From Hyphomicrobiales bacterium (lineage in GTDB: Bacteria; Pseudomonadota; Alphaproteobacteria; Rhizobiales; OSC116), in the NCBI GenBank assembly GCA_002401855.1, contig NVUH01000004.1, positions 94,314 to 158,313 of the forward strand: a stretch of DNA of 64,000 bases, written 5' to 3'. Both the position numbers and the translations under genes were made by a program. Shown piece by piece: positions 37,186-47,042 of the stretch (positions within the stretch are counted from its first letter, which is position 1; each line of letters opens with the position of its first letter). The notes beneath the pieces are model-generated. The model saw only the letters and a program-made list of their open reading frames with translations. It had not been told where the DNA came from and did not search any database.

Positions 37186-37712
37186 TGCACTGCTCCTGAG
37201 GTTGAATTTGATTTACCTTCACGCAACTCAAAAAACCGTAAAAAAACCATATATACAGCCACAACGCAGCCAATTAAAGCAGCAGATAGACTGACCGCAT
37301 ACGCCCACCAGATGGGATATTGAATGATGAATGTTGTCTCGCCATACTTACTTTTGGCAATGGTGCCATCAAATAATTTCCATGCGATGATGATGACCGC
37401 GATGCACATTAAAGTTTCGGCAATCAAATCAATCCATCTATTTATTGAGGCAGGTAGAAAATTGGTGACTATATCCACCGCAGCATGGCCGCGTTTGATT
37501 TGACACCAAGGCAAAAATGCAAATACAACAAAGGCGGCTCCTGCTTCAACCAGTTCGAAATCGCCCGATATAGGCGCTAGACCCAAAAATATAAAGCTAC
37601 GGCCAAAAATCGAAACACAGGTTAAAATAATCATGGCGAAAAGTACAATACCACCAAGGATAGCTAGTGTTTTCGCCAACCAATGAATCAGAGGCGTCAT
37701 TTTATGAATCAT
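37182..37712 (-). CDS. dctQ: TRAP transporter small permease
   Basis: 4 TM segments. The start is uncertain (37712, 37700 or the track's 37772). Confidence 0.8.
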   Translation of the reverse strand: MIHKMTPLIHWLAKTLAILGGIVLFAMIILTCVSIFGRSFIFLGLAPISGDFELVEAGAAFVVFAFLPWCQIKRGHAAVDIVTNFLPASINRWIDLIAETLMCIAVIIIAWKLFDGTIAKSKYGETTFIIQYPIWWAYAVSLSAALIGCVVAVYMVFLRFFELREGKSNSTSGAVH

Positions 37713-37814
37713 AGTTAAACTTTCATTGTCATTCTGAGCACTGTCATTCTGGCGCGCATGATAGAGGCGCAAGCATTATGTAATACTTGCGCCTCTGCTT
37801 GAATTTGTCTAGCG

Positions 37815-38861
37815 CTATTTCATGCTTGAATGTTTTTCAATCAACGCTTTGGCTTCTGCAATCAAAGCTTTGCCGTCAAAACCTTTGGCATCCATATCTG
37901 CCGCCCATTGCTCATAAACAGGCTCAGCCGCTTCACGCCATTTGGCACTTTCGTCCGCATCCAAAACAATGATGTTATTGCCAGCAGCTTCAGCAGCGGC
38001 TCTGACAGGTGCATCATTTTCTTGCATGATATTGGCGGCATTGACACTGAATTCCATACCCGAATTATCATCAATGACCTTTTTAAGATCATCAGGTAAG
38101 CTCTCATATTTGTCTTTATTCATCGCCATCACAAAAGTGATGGTGTAAAGCGCATTGCCAGTAAATTCGGTGTGGTTTTTAACCAGTTCGCTGACCTTTA
38201 ATGGCCCCGCCACTTCCCACGGGATGGTGGTGGCATCGATGACGCCTTTTGATAAAGCTTCAGAAACCGCAGGCACGGGCATACCAACAGGCGTTGCGCC
38301 CAATTGGGTGAGCATCATGTTAATGGTTCTTGAACCACCACGGATTTTCTGGCCTTTCAAATCTTCAACCGTCTTAATGGGGGTTTTAGAATGGATGAGG
38401 CCTGGGCCATGCACCCAAATGCCCAGCACATGCAGATCTTTAAACTCCTCGTCTTTCATGTCTTTATCAAACATTTCCCACAAAGCCGCCGAGGTTGCGC
38501 CTGCATCAGCAGAAATAAACGGCAATTCAAACACTTCAGTACGCGGAAAACGACCCGGAGTGTAACCAATCACTGTCCATATAATGTCAACTGCGCCATC
38601 GACCGCTTGGTCAATCAACTCTGGTGGGCGGCCGCCCAATTGCATGGATGGGAAATGCTGAATTTTAAGTTGGCCACCAGATTGTTCTTCTACTTTGGCA
38701 CCCCAAACTTCCAGTACCTTTTTAGGTACGGTGGCTTGGCCTGGTAGCATTTGATGTAGTTTTAAGGTGACATCTGCCGCCATCGCAACACTGCCCCCCA
38801 CACTTATAGCTGCCGTACATAAAGCTGCGGCAAGCATTGTCTTGATTGAAAACCTATTCAT
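37815..38861 (-). CDS. dctP: TRAP transporter solute-binding protein (aromatic acid candidate by context)
   Basis: 348 aa with signal peptide MNRFSIKTMLAAALCTAAISVGGSVAMA. DctP family. Lies downstream of pobA. Confidence 0.88.
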   Translation of the reverse strand: MNRFSIKTMLAAALCTAAISVGGSVAMAADVTLKLHQMLPGQATVPKKVLEVWGAKVEEQSGGQLKIQHFPSMQLGGRPPELIDQAVDGAVDIIWTVIGYTPGRFPRTEVFELPFISADAGATSAALWEMFDKDMKDEEFKDLHVLGIWVHGPGLIHSKTPIKTVEDLKGQKIRGGSRTINMMLTQLGATPVGMPVPAVSEALSKGVIDATTIPWEVAGPLKVSELVKNHTEFTGNALYTITFVMAMNKDKYESLPDDLKKVIDDNSGMEFSVNAANIMQENDAPVRAAAEAAGNNIIVLDADESAKWREAAEPVYEQWAADMDAKGFDGKALIAEAKALIEKHSSMK

Positions 38862-38934
38862 ATTCTTCTCCCTTTTAAAAAATTTGAACTGTCTATTTAC
38901 TAACTATTTGGACTCCCTCCAAATTACTTACGGC

Positions 38935-40116
38935 CTAATATGGTAGGCCAATATAATTTTCTGCCAATGATTTTAGCGCAGCTGATGAATTAAATATATA
39001 GTCAAGTTCGGCGCTTTGCATTTGACTGGTAAATGCCCCCACTTCACCTTCAGCAAGTGGCAATTGGTGCAATAACGTGGTCATCCACCACGAGAAACGC
39101 TCGGCTTTCCATACGCGGCTTAAGGCTTTTTCGGTATATTGTTCAAGGCCTGTATCGTCACCATTTCTATAATGCGCAATCAAACCTTGCGATAAATAAT
39201 AAACATCCGACGCGGCCGAGTTTAGGCCTTTTGCACCGGTTGGTGGCACAATATGTGCGGCGTCGCCAACCAAAAACATATTGCCATAACGCATCGTTTC
39301 GCATACGAAACTACGTAATTGGGCGATCGATTTTTCAATCGATGGGCCGGTGATTAACTGGCTAGCCACGTCATCAGGCAGGCGGCGTTTTAGCTCTGCC
39401 CAAAACCTTTCATCCGACCAGTCTTCAACCTTATCGGTCAATGGCACTTGTAGATAATAGCGGCTTAACTTCGAATGGCGCATGCTGCATAAAGAAAAAC
39501 CACGCTCATGACGGGTGTAAATTAATTCATGCGAAACTGGCGGCGTTTCTGACATGATGCCCAACCAACCAAATGGATATACTTTCTCATAGGTTTTGAT
39601 GATGTCGTCTGGTATTTGTTGGCGGCTCGCGCCATGAAAACCATCACAGCCAGCGACAAAATCACATTCTAATTTGTGCTCAACGCCATCCTTGGTATAA
39701 TATATTACAGGATGGTCTGTCTCTATGCCTTCGACGCGTGTCACTTCAGCTTCTTCAATGGTCACACCACCCGCTTTTTTGCGGATGTCCATTAAATCGC
39801 GGGTGATCTCCACTTGACCATAAACCATAATGCCTGTGCCAGTTAGCGCTTTTAAATCAACATGATGGCATTTGCCATTATAGGCGATGTCAAAACCATC
39901 ATGCATTTCACCTTGGGTATCCATATTTTCTGCGGCTTGGGCGGTGCGTAATAAATCCACACAGCTTTGCTCCAACACGCCAGCCCGAATGCGGGTCAGC
40001 ACATAATCAAGCGTTTTGCGCTCTAAGATCACGCTATCAATGCCTTGCAAGTGTAATAATTGTGACAATATTAAGCCAGATGGCCCGCTGCCAATAATCC
40101 CAACCTGTGTACGCAT
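38935..40116 (-). CDS. pobA: 4-hydroxybenzoate 3-monooxygenase
   Basis: MRTQVGIIGSGPSGLILSQLLHLQGIDSVILER is close to the canonical PobA N-terminus. 393 aa, with GDAAHIVPPTGAKGLN. Confidence 0.92.
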   Translation of the reverse strand: MRTQVGIIGSGPSGLILSQLLHLQGIDSVILERKTLDYVLTRIRAGVLEQSCVDLLRTAQAAENMDTQGEMHDGFDIAYNGKCHHVDLKALTGTGIMVYGQVEITRDLMDIRKKAGGVTIEEAEVTRVEGIETDHPVIYYTKDGVEHKLECDFVAGCDGFHGASRQQIPDDIIKTYEKVYPFGWLGIMSETPPVSHELIYTRHERGFSLCSMRHSKLSRYYLQVPLTDKVEDWSDERFWAELKRRLPDDVASQLITGPSIEKSIAQLRSFVCETMRYGNMFLVGDAAHIVPPTGAKGLNSAASDVYYLSQGLIAHYRNGDDTGLEQYTEKALSRVWKAERFSWWMTTLLHQLPLAEGEVGAFTSQMQSAELDYIFNSSAALKSLAENYIGLPY

Positions 40117-40230
40117 ATAATAATCCCTTTTTTTTTAAAAGCAAAACTAAAAGAATTTTGACTTGAATCAAATATACAAATTGATTAAATAATTGTATAT
40201 TTGGAACATTTCCAATATAAAAGCAGCATT

Positions 40231-41109
40231 ATGAATAAAATACCTAATTACATATTATACGGCGAAAATGAGGATGAGATATTTCCTGACTATCTGCATA
40301 TCGAGTCAATTCGGGCGCGTAGTATTCATCATGCATGGAATTTTAAACCACATCAGCATCATAATTTGCATCAATTTTTTTACATCTCAAATGGAGGAGG
40401 CACTGTTTTGATTGATAAAATTAACTATGAATTGAACGACAATCAAATCATGAGCATCCCACCATTGACTGTCCACGGGTTTCAATTTTCTCCCAATACG
40501 GAAGGATGGGTTTTAACATTACCTCAGCAATTTCTACAAGATATCATTGGAGAAATAGCATTTCTCATCAAGCCAATTTCTCAAACTCTTATTCATAATT
40601 GTACAAATGAACGAATGCAAAATGAATTTATCTATATTTTTAAATCAATAAGTGAAATTCACAGTGCCAACCAGCCAATGCGTAACTTTAATTTGCGCTG
40701 CTATACAAATTTGCTAATTGGTAAACTGGCTGAAATGTTTCCCTTTGCACCAGAATTAAACCAAAATATTCCCCAGCAAAAACAAAATTTTGTGCAGGAA
40801 TTTCAAAATAAAATTAACGAAAATTACAAACAGAGATTGTCTGTGGCGCAATATGCAAAATCACTCAACATAACCCCGACACATTTAAACCGTGTGTGCA
40901 AATCTGTGCTTAATATCTCGCCATCAAATTTAATTGACGAAAGATCAATTTTAGAAGCCAAACGCTTATTGAGCTACACCGCGCTGAGCATTGCCGAAAT
41001 TTCATATGAATTGGGTTTTTGCGATGCTGCACATTTTTCAAAGTTTTTTCTCAATAAAACTCAACAAAAACCATCGGCATTTCGCGAAAATACTTTGATT
41101 AACGTGTGA
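40231..41109 (+). CDS. AraC family transcriptional activator (PobR-type by position)
   Basis: Cupin-like N-terminal domain plus a C-terminal AraC HTH (SVAQYAKSLNITPTHLNRVCK...GFCDAAHFSKFF). Divergent from pobA. ATG at 40231. Confidence 0.8.
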   Translation: MNKIPNYILYGENEDEIFPDYLHIESIRARSIHHAWNFKPHQHHNLHQFFYISNGGGTVLIDKINYELNDNQIMSIPPLTVHGFQFSPNTEGWVLTLPQQFLQDIIGEIAFLIKPISQTLIHNCTNERMQNEFIYIFKSISEIHSANQPMRNFNLRCYTNLLIGKLAEMFPFAPELNQNIPQQKQNFVQEFQNKINENYKQRLSVAQYAKSLNITPTHLNRVCKSVLNISPSNLIDERSILEAKRLLSYTALSIAEISYELGFCDAAHFSKFFLNKTQQKPSAFRENTLINV

Positions 41110-41170
41110 TAGTGCCGCCATGAATAGGCATCTTAAAACCCAATTCAGTGTTTTAAATTCATCACTTGAT

Positions 41171-41821
41171 TTAATTTATTTTTTTAAGAAAATTGGGTAA
41201 TTCGTTCATAATTTCATCTCTAGCAAGTTCTGCTCGGTTAAGTTTTTCATTTGCATCAAGTCCTGACAGCCCCAATAAAGCACGAATAATTTGTGTTCCT
41301 ACAATTCGATTTACAAAAAGCTTGCCTAGTTTTTCTCGATCAGAGGCCTCAAATTGTTTGGTTTCTGATAGCAAAGAAAGAATGGTCGCTGTCACGCCTT
41401 CAAGACGTTGGAAAAAACCTTGATAAGCCAATTCTGCTAGCTGCGGAAATCTATCCACTTCGCTGATAACCACCCTCATTAAAGCAATCGTTTCAGCACT
41501 GGTAAGTGTGTCTTGCATATGAAGTGCAGATTGAAGCAAAGCTTCAGGAAGCGGCAATGTAAGAATGGCTTCCAACTCCGCCTGTTCTGCAGCCGTTGAT
41601 GGCTGACATGCGGATGCGATAATGGCCGCAAATAGCTTATCCTTAGTTTGAGCATGGCGGTATAAAGTCATTATGGATACATTTGCCGCCTTGGCAATGC
41701 TCTCCATACTTGACCCATCATAGCCTGCATCCAAAAATTGAGTGCGAGCCGCGTTTAAAATATCAGTTCTTTTCCGCGCCATAAGCGCGGCTTTTGGATG
41801 GTCTTTGTTCCATTGTTTCAT
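41171..41821 (-). CDS. TetR family transcriptional regulator
   Basis: HTH SMESIAKAANVSIMTLYRHAQTKDKLF; 216 aa. Confidence 0.85.
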   Translation of the reverse strand: MKQWNKDHPKAALMARKRTDILNAARTQFLDAGYDGSSMESIAKAANVSIMTLYRHAQTKDKLFAAIIASACQPSTAAEQAELEAILTLPLPEALLQSALHMQDTLTSAETIALMRVVISEVDRFPQLAELAYQGFFQRLEGVTATILSLLSETKQFEASDREKLGKLFVNRIVGTQIIRALLGLSGLDANEKLNRAELARDEIMNELPNFLKKIN

Positions 41822-41862
41822 GCAGTATTGACTCCAAACGATAATGATGGGTATAGTGTGAG

Positions 41863-41880
41863 CGATAATGGTTATTATCG
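41863..41880. promoter_or_regulatory. inverted repeat, candidate TetR operator
   Basis: CGATAAT-GGTT-ATTATCG at 41863-41880. A further CGATAAT copy lies at 41839. In the tetR/doxX divergent region. Confidence 0.3.
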
Positions 41881-41920
41881 TATCGAATATATATATTAAA
41901 ATTACCGAAAGAAGCCGTTC

Positions 41921-42316
41921 ATGTCAACAATCTCCACATTTATTACCGAAAACTGGTGGGCCATTGCCCTTTGGAGTGTGCAAATTTTCTTAGCCTTTAT
42001 GTTTTCTTACGCTGGGTTTATGAAACTGACCAAATCAGCCCAAGGGCTTTCAGATATGGGATGGCATTGGGCAACAAGTCTGCCTTTGGGCTTTATTCGT
42101 TTCTTAGCCGTTATGGAAATTCTTGGCGCCATTGGCATTATTCTTCCTAGCCTGACTGGAATTCTGCCCTATTTGGCAAACTTAGCGGCAATCGGCATGA
42201 TATTGATTCAGATTGCGGCGATTATTCTTCATGCAAAACGTCAAGAAACCAAGGGCACCATAGTGCTTAATTTAATTCTACTTGTAGCCGCGGTGTTTAT
42301 TGCTTGGAAATTATAG
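41921..42316 (+). CDS. DoxX family membrane protein
   Basis: 131 aa with 4 TM segments and a DoxX-like pattern. Divergent from tetR. Confidence 0.75.
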   Translation: MSTISTFITENWWAIALWSVQIFLAFMFSYAGFMKLTKSAQGLSDMGWHWATSLPLGFIRFLAVMEILGAIGIILPSLTGILPYLANLAAIGMILIQIAAIILHAKRQETKGTIVLNLILLVAAVFIAWKL

Positions 42317-42357
42317 CCAAATTAAATGGTTATGGTGATTTAAAAAGGCGACATCAC

Positions 42358-43128
42358 TCAACGCCCCATCCAACCGCCATCGACAGTGAGAATGGTGCCA
42401 TGAACATAGTCTGATGCTTTAGAGGCCAAAAACACCACAGGACCCGCAAAATCAGCAGGCTCGCCCCACCTACCTGCGGGTATGCGCTCTAAGATGGAGT
42501 TCGAGCGGCTGGCATCATCTTGTAAGGCTTGGGTGTTATCGGTGGCGATGTAACCTGGGGCGATGGCATTAACATTGATGCCTTTGCCCGCCCATTCATT
42601 GGCCAAAGCTTTGGTAAGTTGGCCGATGCCGCCTTTAGATGCGGCATAACTCGGTACATTAATGCCGCCTTGAAATGATAATAAAGAGGCGGTGAAGATG
42701 ATTTTGCCTTCGCCATGTTTGAGCATTGAATTGCCAATTTCGCGGCTTAGAATAAATTGTGCCGAAAGGTTAACCTCCAACACTATATCCCAATATTCAT
42801 CACTATGCTCAACGGCGGGCGCACGTTTTATGGTGCCTGCATTGTTAATGAGAATGTCGATTTTGGGATTGTCTGCCAATAATGTGGCGGCAAATTGTTT
42901 GACTGCAGTGCGGTCAGCGAAATCGCATTGATAGGCTTTGAATTTACGGCCTAAAGCCAGAACTTCTTGCTCAATTTCACTGCCGCTGTCCTCTAAAGAT
43001 AGACTGACACCGATGATGTCGGCGCCGGCTGTTGCTAATGCGATTGCCATGGCTTTGCCCACGCCGCGCTTACAACCAGTCACAAGGGCTAACTGGCCAC
43101 TTAGATCAAATAGATTTTCTGATGACAT
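42358..43128 (-). CDS. kduD: 2-dehydro-3-deoxy-D-gluconate 5-dehydrogenase (SDR)
   Basis: LVTGCKRGVGKAMA Rossmann motif and YAASKGG catalytic motif. Sits in the kduI/TRAP context. Confidence 0.82.
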   Translation of the reverse strand: MSSENLFDLSGQLALVTGCKRGVGKAMAIALATAGADIIGVSLSLEDSGSEIEQEVLALGRKFKAYQCDFADRTAVKQFAATLLADNPKIDILINNAGTIKRAPAVEHSDEYWDIVLEVNLSAQFILSREIGNSMLKHGEGKIIFTASLLSFQGGINVPSYAASKGGIGQLTKALANEWAGKGINVNAIAPGYIATDNTQALQDDASRSNSILERIPAGRWGEPADFAGPVVFLASKASDYVHGTILTVDGGWMGR

Positions 43129-43159
43129 TTAACGCGCTCCTATTGGTGGGAAAACCGTT

Positions 43160-44437
43160 TTACCGATAAATTAAAGTTGGCAACCACATTGACAATTGGG
43201 GAATGAAAGTGAGCAATAACAACACCACAAGCAAGGGAATGAGGAAAGGTGCGGTGGCCTTTACGCATTGCTCAAACGGCACGCCTGACACTTTGGACAA
43301 TACATAAAGCACCAAACCAACGGGCGGAGTTAACAAGCCTATCATTAAATTTAAAATTAAAATAATGCCAAAATGCACAGGGTCAATGCCCAGGCTCATC
43401 GCCACCGGCAGTAAAACTGGGGTGAGGATTGTAATGGCGGCAATGGTTTCCATAAAGCAGCCGACAATCAATACAATTAACATGATGGTGAGTAGAATAA
43501 GGGTTTTATTGTCGGTAAAGCCTAGCAGGCCATTGGCGAAACTTTCGGCCACTTGGTTGGCGGTTAAAATCCACGCAAAAATGGCTGATGCAGCGACAAT
43601 CATCATGATTGAAGCGGTGATTTCGACGGTGTCTATCGACACGCGCAACAGGCGTTTCAGGTTTAATGTACGATAGACGACAAGGCCTAAAAACATAGAA
43701 TATGCCACTGCACCGATGGCGGCTTCTGTCGGGGTAAAGATACCCGTCAATATGCCACCGACAATGATGATGGGGGTGAAAAGCGGCAGGATTGCATGCC
43801 AAAATGAGATGAGGAAATAGCGCCATTGGAAAGCATCATCGCGCGGGTAATTGCGGATGCGGGCATAGAATGCCACCATGACCATGAGGGCAATCGCCAT
43901 AATGAGGCCGGGTATTAAACCTGCGGCAAATAGCTGGCCTATTGATGTATCAGCAATGACCCCATAAACCACCAACGGAAGCGAAGGCGGAATTATGGGG
44001 CCAATTGTCGATGAGGCCGCAGTGATGCCGACCGAGAAATCAGTATCATAACCTGCGTCACGCATGGCTTTAATTTCAATGTTGCCAAGGCCACCTGCGT
44101 CGGCAACCGCCGCGCCCGACATGCCCGCAAAAATAACACTGGCGCCGACATTCACATGGCCTAAACCGCCATGCATCCAGCCGACTGTGGCACGGGCAAA
44201 GGTGAATATTTTGGTGGTGATGCCGGAGCTGTTCATTAAATTGCCTGCCATGATGAAAAATGGCACGGCGATGAGCGGAAAACTGTTAATGCCATTGACC
44301 ATATTATGCAGCACGACAACGGGCGGTAGGCCATCGATGATGATGAAAATAAGCGAGGATACACCCAATGCAACGGCAATTGGCGCGCCTGCAATGAGCA
44401 GAGCAAACAGGATGATAAAAAGTAGAGATAAAGCCAT
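43160..44437 (-). CDS. dctM: TRAP transporter large permease
   Basis: 425 aa polytopic DctM-type protein. Confidence 0.9.
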   Translation of the reverse strand: MALSLLFIILFALLIAGAPIAVALGVSSLIFIIIDGLPPVVVLHNMVNGINSFPLIAVPFFIMAGNLMNSSGITTKIFTFARATVGWMHGGLGHVNVGASVIFAGMSGAAVADAGGLGNIEIKAMRDAGYDTDFSVGITAASSTIGPIIPPSLPLVVYGVIADTSIGQLFAAGLIPGLIMAIALMVMVAFYARIRNYPRDDAFQWRYFLISFWHAILPLFTPIIIVGGILTGIFTPTEAAIGAVAYSMFLGLVVYRTLNLKRLLRVSIDTVEITASIMMIVAASAIFAWILTANQVAESFANGLLGFTDNKTLILLTIMLIVLIVGCFMETIAAITILTPVLLPVAMSLGIDPVHFGIILILNLMIGLLTPPVGLVLYVLSKVSGVPFEQCVKATAPFLIPLLVVLLLLTFIPQLSMWLPTLIYR

Positions 44438-44455
44438 TAAGTTGCCACTTATAAA

Positions 44456-45043
44456 TTAGATTTCGTTATGAGAATGCGCTTCTAATTCGCGCATCACATC
44501 TTGTGGTGATTGTTTGATTTTGCGCATAAGCCAGATGAATGAATAAAATGCCATGACCGCCAATGATGCCGCGACAAGCCAATAAAGCAAGCTTTTGGGT
44601 ATTTCGACCGAGGCCATTTTGGTGCGGGTTTTTTGCGCCAATATAACGGCTTGATAGGCCAAATACGCGTAAAATGAAAATGACAGAGACTCGATTGCAA
44701 TGTTGAGTCTTTTGCCGCCCATTGGCGATAAATATCGATAGAAAAACTCTAAGAAAATATGGGTGCCTTTGCGGGTGACTGAAATGGCACCAAAATAGGC
44801 CACGACAATCAACACATAGCGGGCGATTTCTTCTGTCCACGCCAAGCTGTCATTCAGCACATAACGGGTGAAAAATTGCAAAAATACAATGATTGCCAAG
44901 CCCCAAAGTGCAATAAGCCCCGGCAGGTCGATAATGTGGAAATCGGAAACATCAACCTCGTCGTCACCAAAGTCAATTTCTTGACGCGCCTCTTTCGAAG
45001 CGCGCCCATTTTGTTGATCAGAATGATCCATAAACTGTTTCAT
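44456..45043 (-). CDS. dctQ: TRAP transporter small permease
   Basis: 195 aa with 4 TM segments after a charged N-terminal tail. Confidence 0.8.
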   Translation of the reverse strand: MKQFMDHSDQQNGRASKEARQEIDFGDDEVDVSDFHIIDLPGLIALWGLAIIVFLQFFTRYVLNDSLAWTEEIARYVLIVVAYFGAISVTRKGTHIFLEFFYRYLSPMGGKRLNIAIESLSFSFYAYLAYQAVILAQKTRTKMASVEIPKSLLYWLVAASLAVMAFYSFIWLMRKIKQSPQDVMRELEAHSHNEI

Positions 45044-45051
45044 CCTATAGC

Positions 45052-46023
45052 TTATAGTTCGCCAAGGCGTTTGAAATGGTCGGCTGTGTATGGCACACCA
45101 TCGCCAATTAAGCTTGGTTTCACCGCATCTTGGAATGGTTTTTTATCAACCACATTCACTGCAATGCCTTGCTCTTCGAACCAAGAGATTAAGTCGGTTT
45201 CTGATTTATAAATTTCTTCTGAAATCATCATTGCGGCTTTTTCTAAAATTTCTTTGACCACGGCTTGGTCATCACCAACACGGGCTAAGGCATCATCGGA
45301 CGCGATGATGAGCAAGCTATTCAAAATATGACCTGTGAGGTTAATGTTGCTTTGCACCTCATAGAATTTTTTAAATTTAATGGTTGGCAATGGGTTTTCT
45401 TGGGCATCAACTACACCTTGTTGCAAGGCAAGATAAACCTCTGAGAAAGCCATTGGAGTTGGGTTTGCGCCCACTGCGTTAGGGAACATCAACATTAATG
45501 GTGAGTTTGGAACGCGAATTTTAAGACCTTCCATATCTGATGGCTTTAAAATGGGCTTGTTAGATGTCACATGGCGCTGGCCATAATAAACCAAGCTCAT
45601 CACTTGGTTGCCTGTGGCGTCATGATAACCGTCTGACAATTCTTTAAACAGATCAGATGTGCGATAAGATACCCAATGATCATAACCGCGCATGATGAAT
45701 GGATAATCAGAAATGGCAATTGGGCCATAATAACGTTCAACAAAACTTGGGCCTGTATAGATAATGTCAACAGCGCCGATGCCAAGGCCTTCGTTAATTT
45801 CAACTTCCTTGCCCAGTGATGAAGCTGGGAATACCTTCACTTCGACGCGGCCATCGGTGGCTTTGGCGATCTCGTCAGCTGCCCATTGCGCTTTAATATG
45901 GTAAGGCGAGCCTGACTCATATACATGTGCCCATTTTAAAGTTTCGGTGGCCAACGCGGTTGTTGCGCCTGCGACCATAATTACACCTGCAACAATCGCA
46001 GTGCTGATTTTATTGATATTCAT
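45052..46023 (-). CDS. dctP: TRAP transporter solute-binding protein (uronate-type candidate by context)
   Basis: 323 aa with signal peptide MNINKISTAIVAGVIMVAGATTALA. DctP family. Confidence 0.88.
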   Translation of the reverse strand: MNINKISTAIVAGVIMVAGATTALATETLKWAHVYESGSPYHIKAQWAADEIAKATDGRVEVKVFPASSLGKEVEINEGLGIGAVDIIYTGPSFVERYYGPIAISDYPFIMRGYDHWVSYRTSDLFKELSDGYHDATGNQVMSLVYYGQRHVTSNKPILKPSDMEGLKIRVPNSPLMLMFPNAVGANPTPMAFSEVYLALQQGVVDAQENPLPTIKFKKFYEVQSNINLTGHILNSLLIIASDDALARVGDDQAVVKEILEKAAMMISEEIYKSETDLISWFEEQGIAVNVVDKKPFQDAVKPSLIGDGVPYTADHFKRLGEL

Positions 46024-46043
46024 TTTTCCCTCCTATGGAAACC

Positions 46044-46079
46044 CCAGCCCCTTTGCTGGTTTTGCCAGCCTCTCGCTGG
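46044..46079. promoter_or_regulatory. two phased dyad-symmetric motifs CCAGC-N5/6-GCTGGTTTT, candidate GntR-regulator sites or 5'-UTR hairpins
   Basis: CCAGC/GCTGG dyads at 46044-46059 and 46065-46079, 21 bp apart, between the dctP start (46023) and the gntR-type gene. Confidence 0.3.
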
Positions 46080-46240
46080 TTTTATTGCCAAATTTCAATA
46101 TTATTTTGAATATTTGACGACAACTGATATATCTTATATACTAGTTATGTTACAAATGCAAATCAGCTTTACGGTAAATGGTATCTCTGCTATTTCACAT
46201 ATTCAAAAATACTAAAAACAAAGCTGAATGGAGACTGTTT

Positions 46241-47023
46241 ATGGAGAAAAATTCCTCCGAGAACAAAATTGAACCGATGAGAAAACGCGCGGGCAATGCT
46301 GCCCCTGCGGGTAAGGGTTATTTTTACGGCTCATCAAATACCACTTTATCTGATACACAATATGAGCGGCTGCGTGATGCCATTATATCTATGGACATGC
46401 CGCCTGGCACCGCTATATCGGAAAAGAAAATTGCATTAGAGCAAGGCATTAGCCGCACTCCGATACGCGAAGCCATTATGCGGCTGCACCGCGAAAAATT
46501 GGTTGAAGTGGTGGCAAAATCAGGCACATTTGTGGCGCGTATTCCTGTATCTGCTTTGCCTGAGGCGCTAATCGCGCGCAGGGCGCTGGAAGGCATGACG
46601 GTAAAATCGGCGGCTAAATGCGCCAAACGCAGCCACGTGTTGGAATTATATGCGGTCATTGAACGCCAGCGCGAAATGGCTGAATTGGGCAACATTAAAG
46701 GCTTTCATGCTGCCGATGAGAATTTTCATGAATTGATTGCGAGAATTGGCAAGTTATCTGGCCTGTGGCAATTGGTGCAGCAGGTTAAATTACAAGTCGA
46801 CAGATTTAGAGTTTTAACCTTGCCCGAGGAAGGCCGTATGGCAATGGTGGTGGAAGAACACACGGCTATTGTTGATGCCATAAATGCCGGTGACGAAGCC
46901 ATGGCTTGCCAAAAAATGGAAGCTCATCTTTCGGGTTTGCAACATCATTTTCCACATTGGATTGAACAACGCCCCGCCTATTTTATCCATGACATTGATT
47001 TGGATGATATGGCACAAATTTAA
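46241..47023 (+). CDS. GntR family transcriptional regulator (FadR/FCD subfamily)
   Basis: ISEKKIALEQGISRTPIREAIMRLHREKLV HTH plus an FCD-type C-terminal domain. ATG at 46241. Confidence 0.85.
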   Translation: MEKNSSENKIEPMRKRAGNAAPAGKGYFYGSSNTTLSDTQYERLRDAIISMDMPPGTAISEKKIALEQGISRTPIREAIMRLHREKLVEVVAKSGTFVARIPVSALPEALIARRALEGMTVKSAAKCAKRSHVLELYAVIERQREMAELGNIKGFHAADENFHELIARIGKLSGLWQLVQQVKLQVDRFRVLTLPEEGRMAMVVEEHTAIVDAINAGDEAMACQKMEAHLSGLQHHFPHWIEQRPAYFIHDIDLDDMAQI

Positions 47024-47042
47024 CTGAAAAACGGATATTTAA

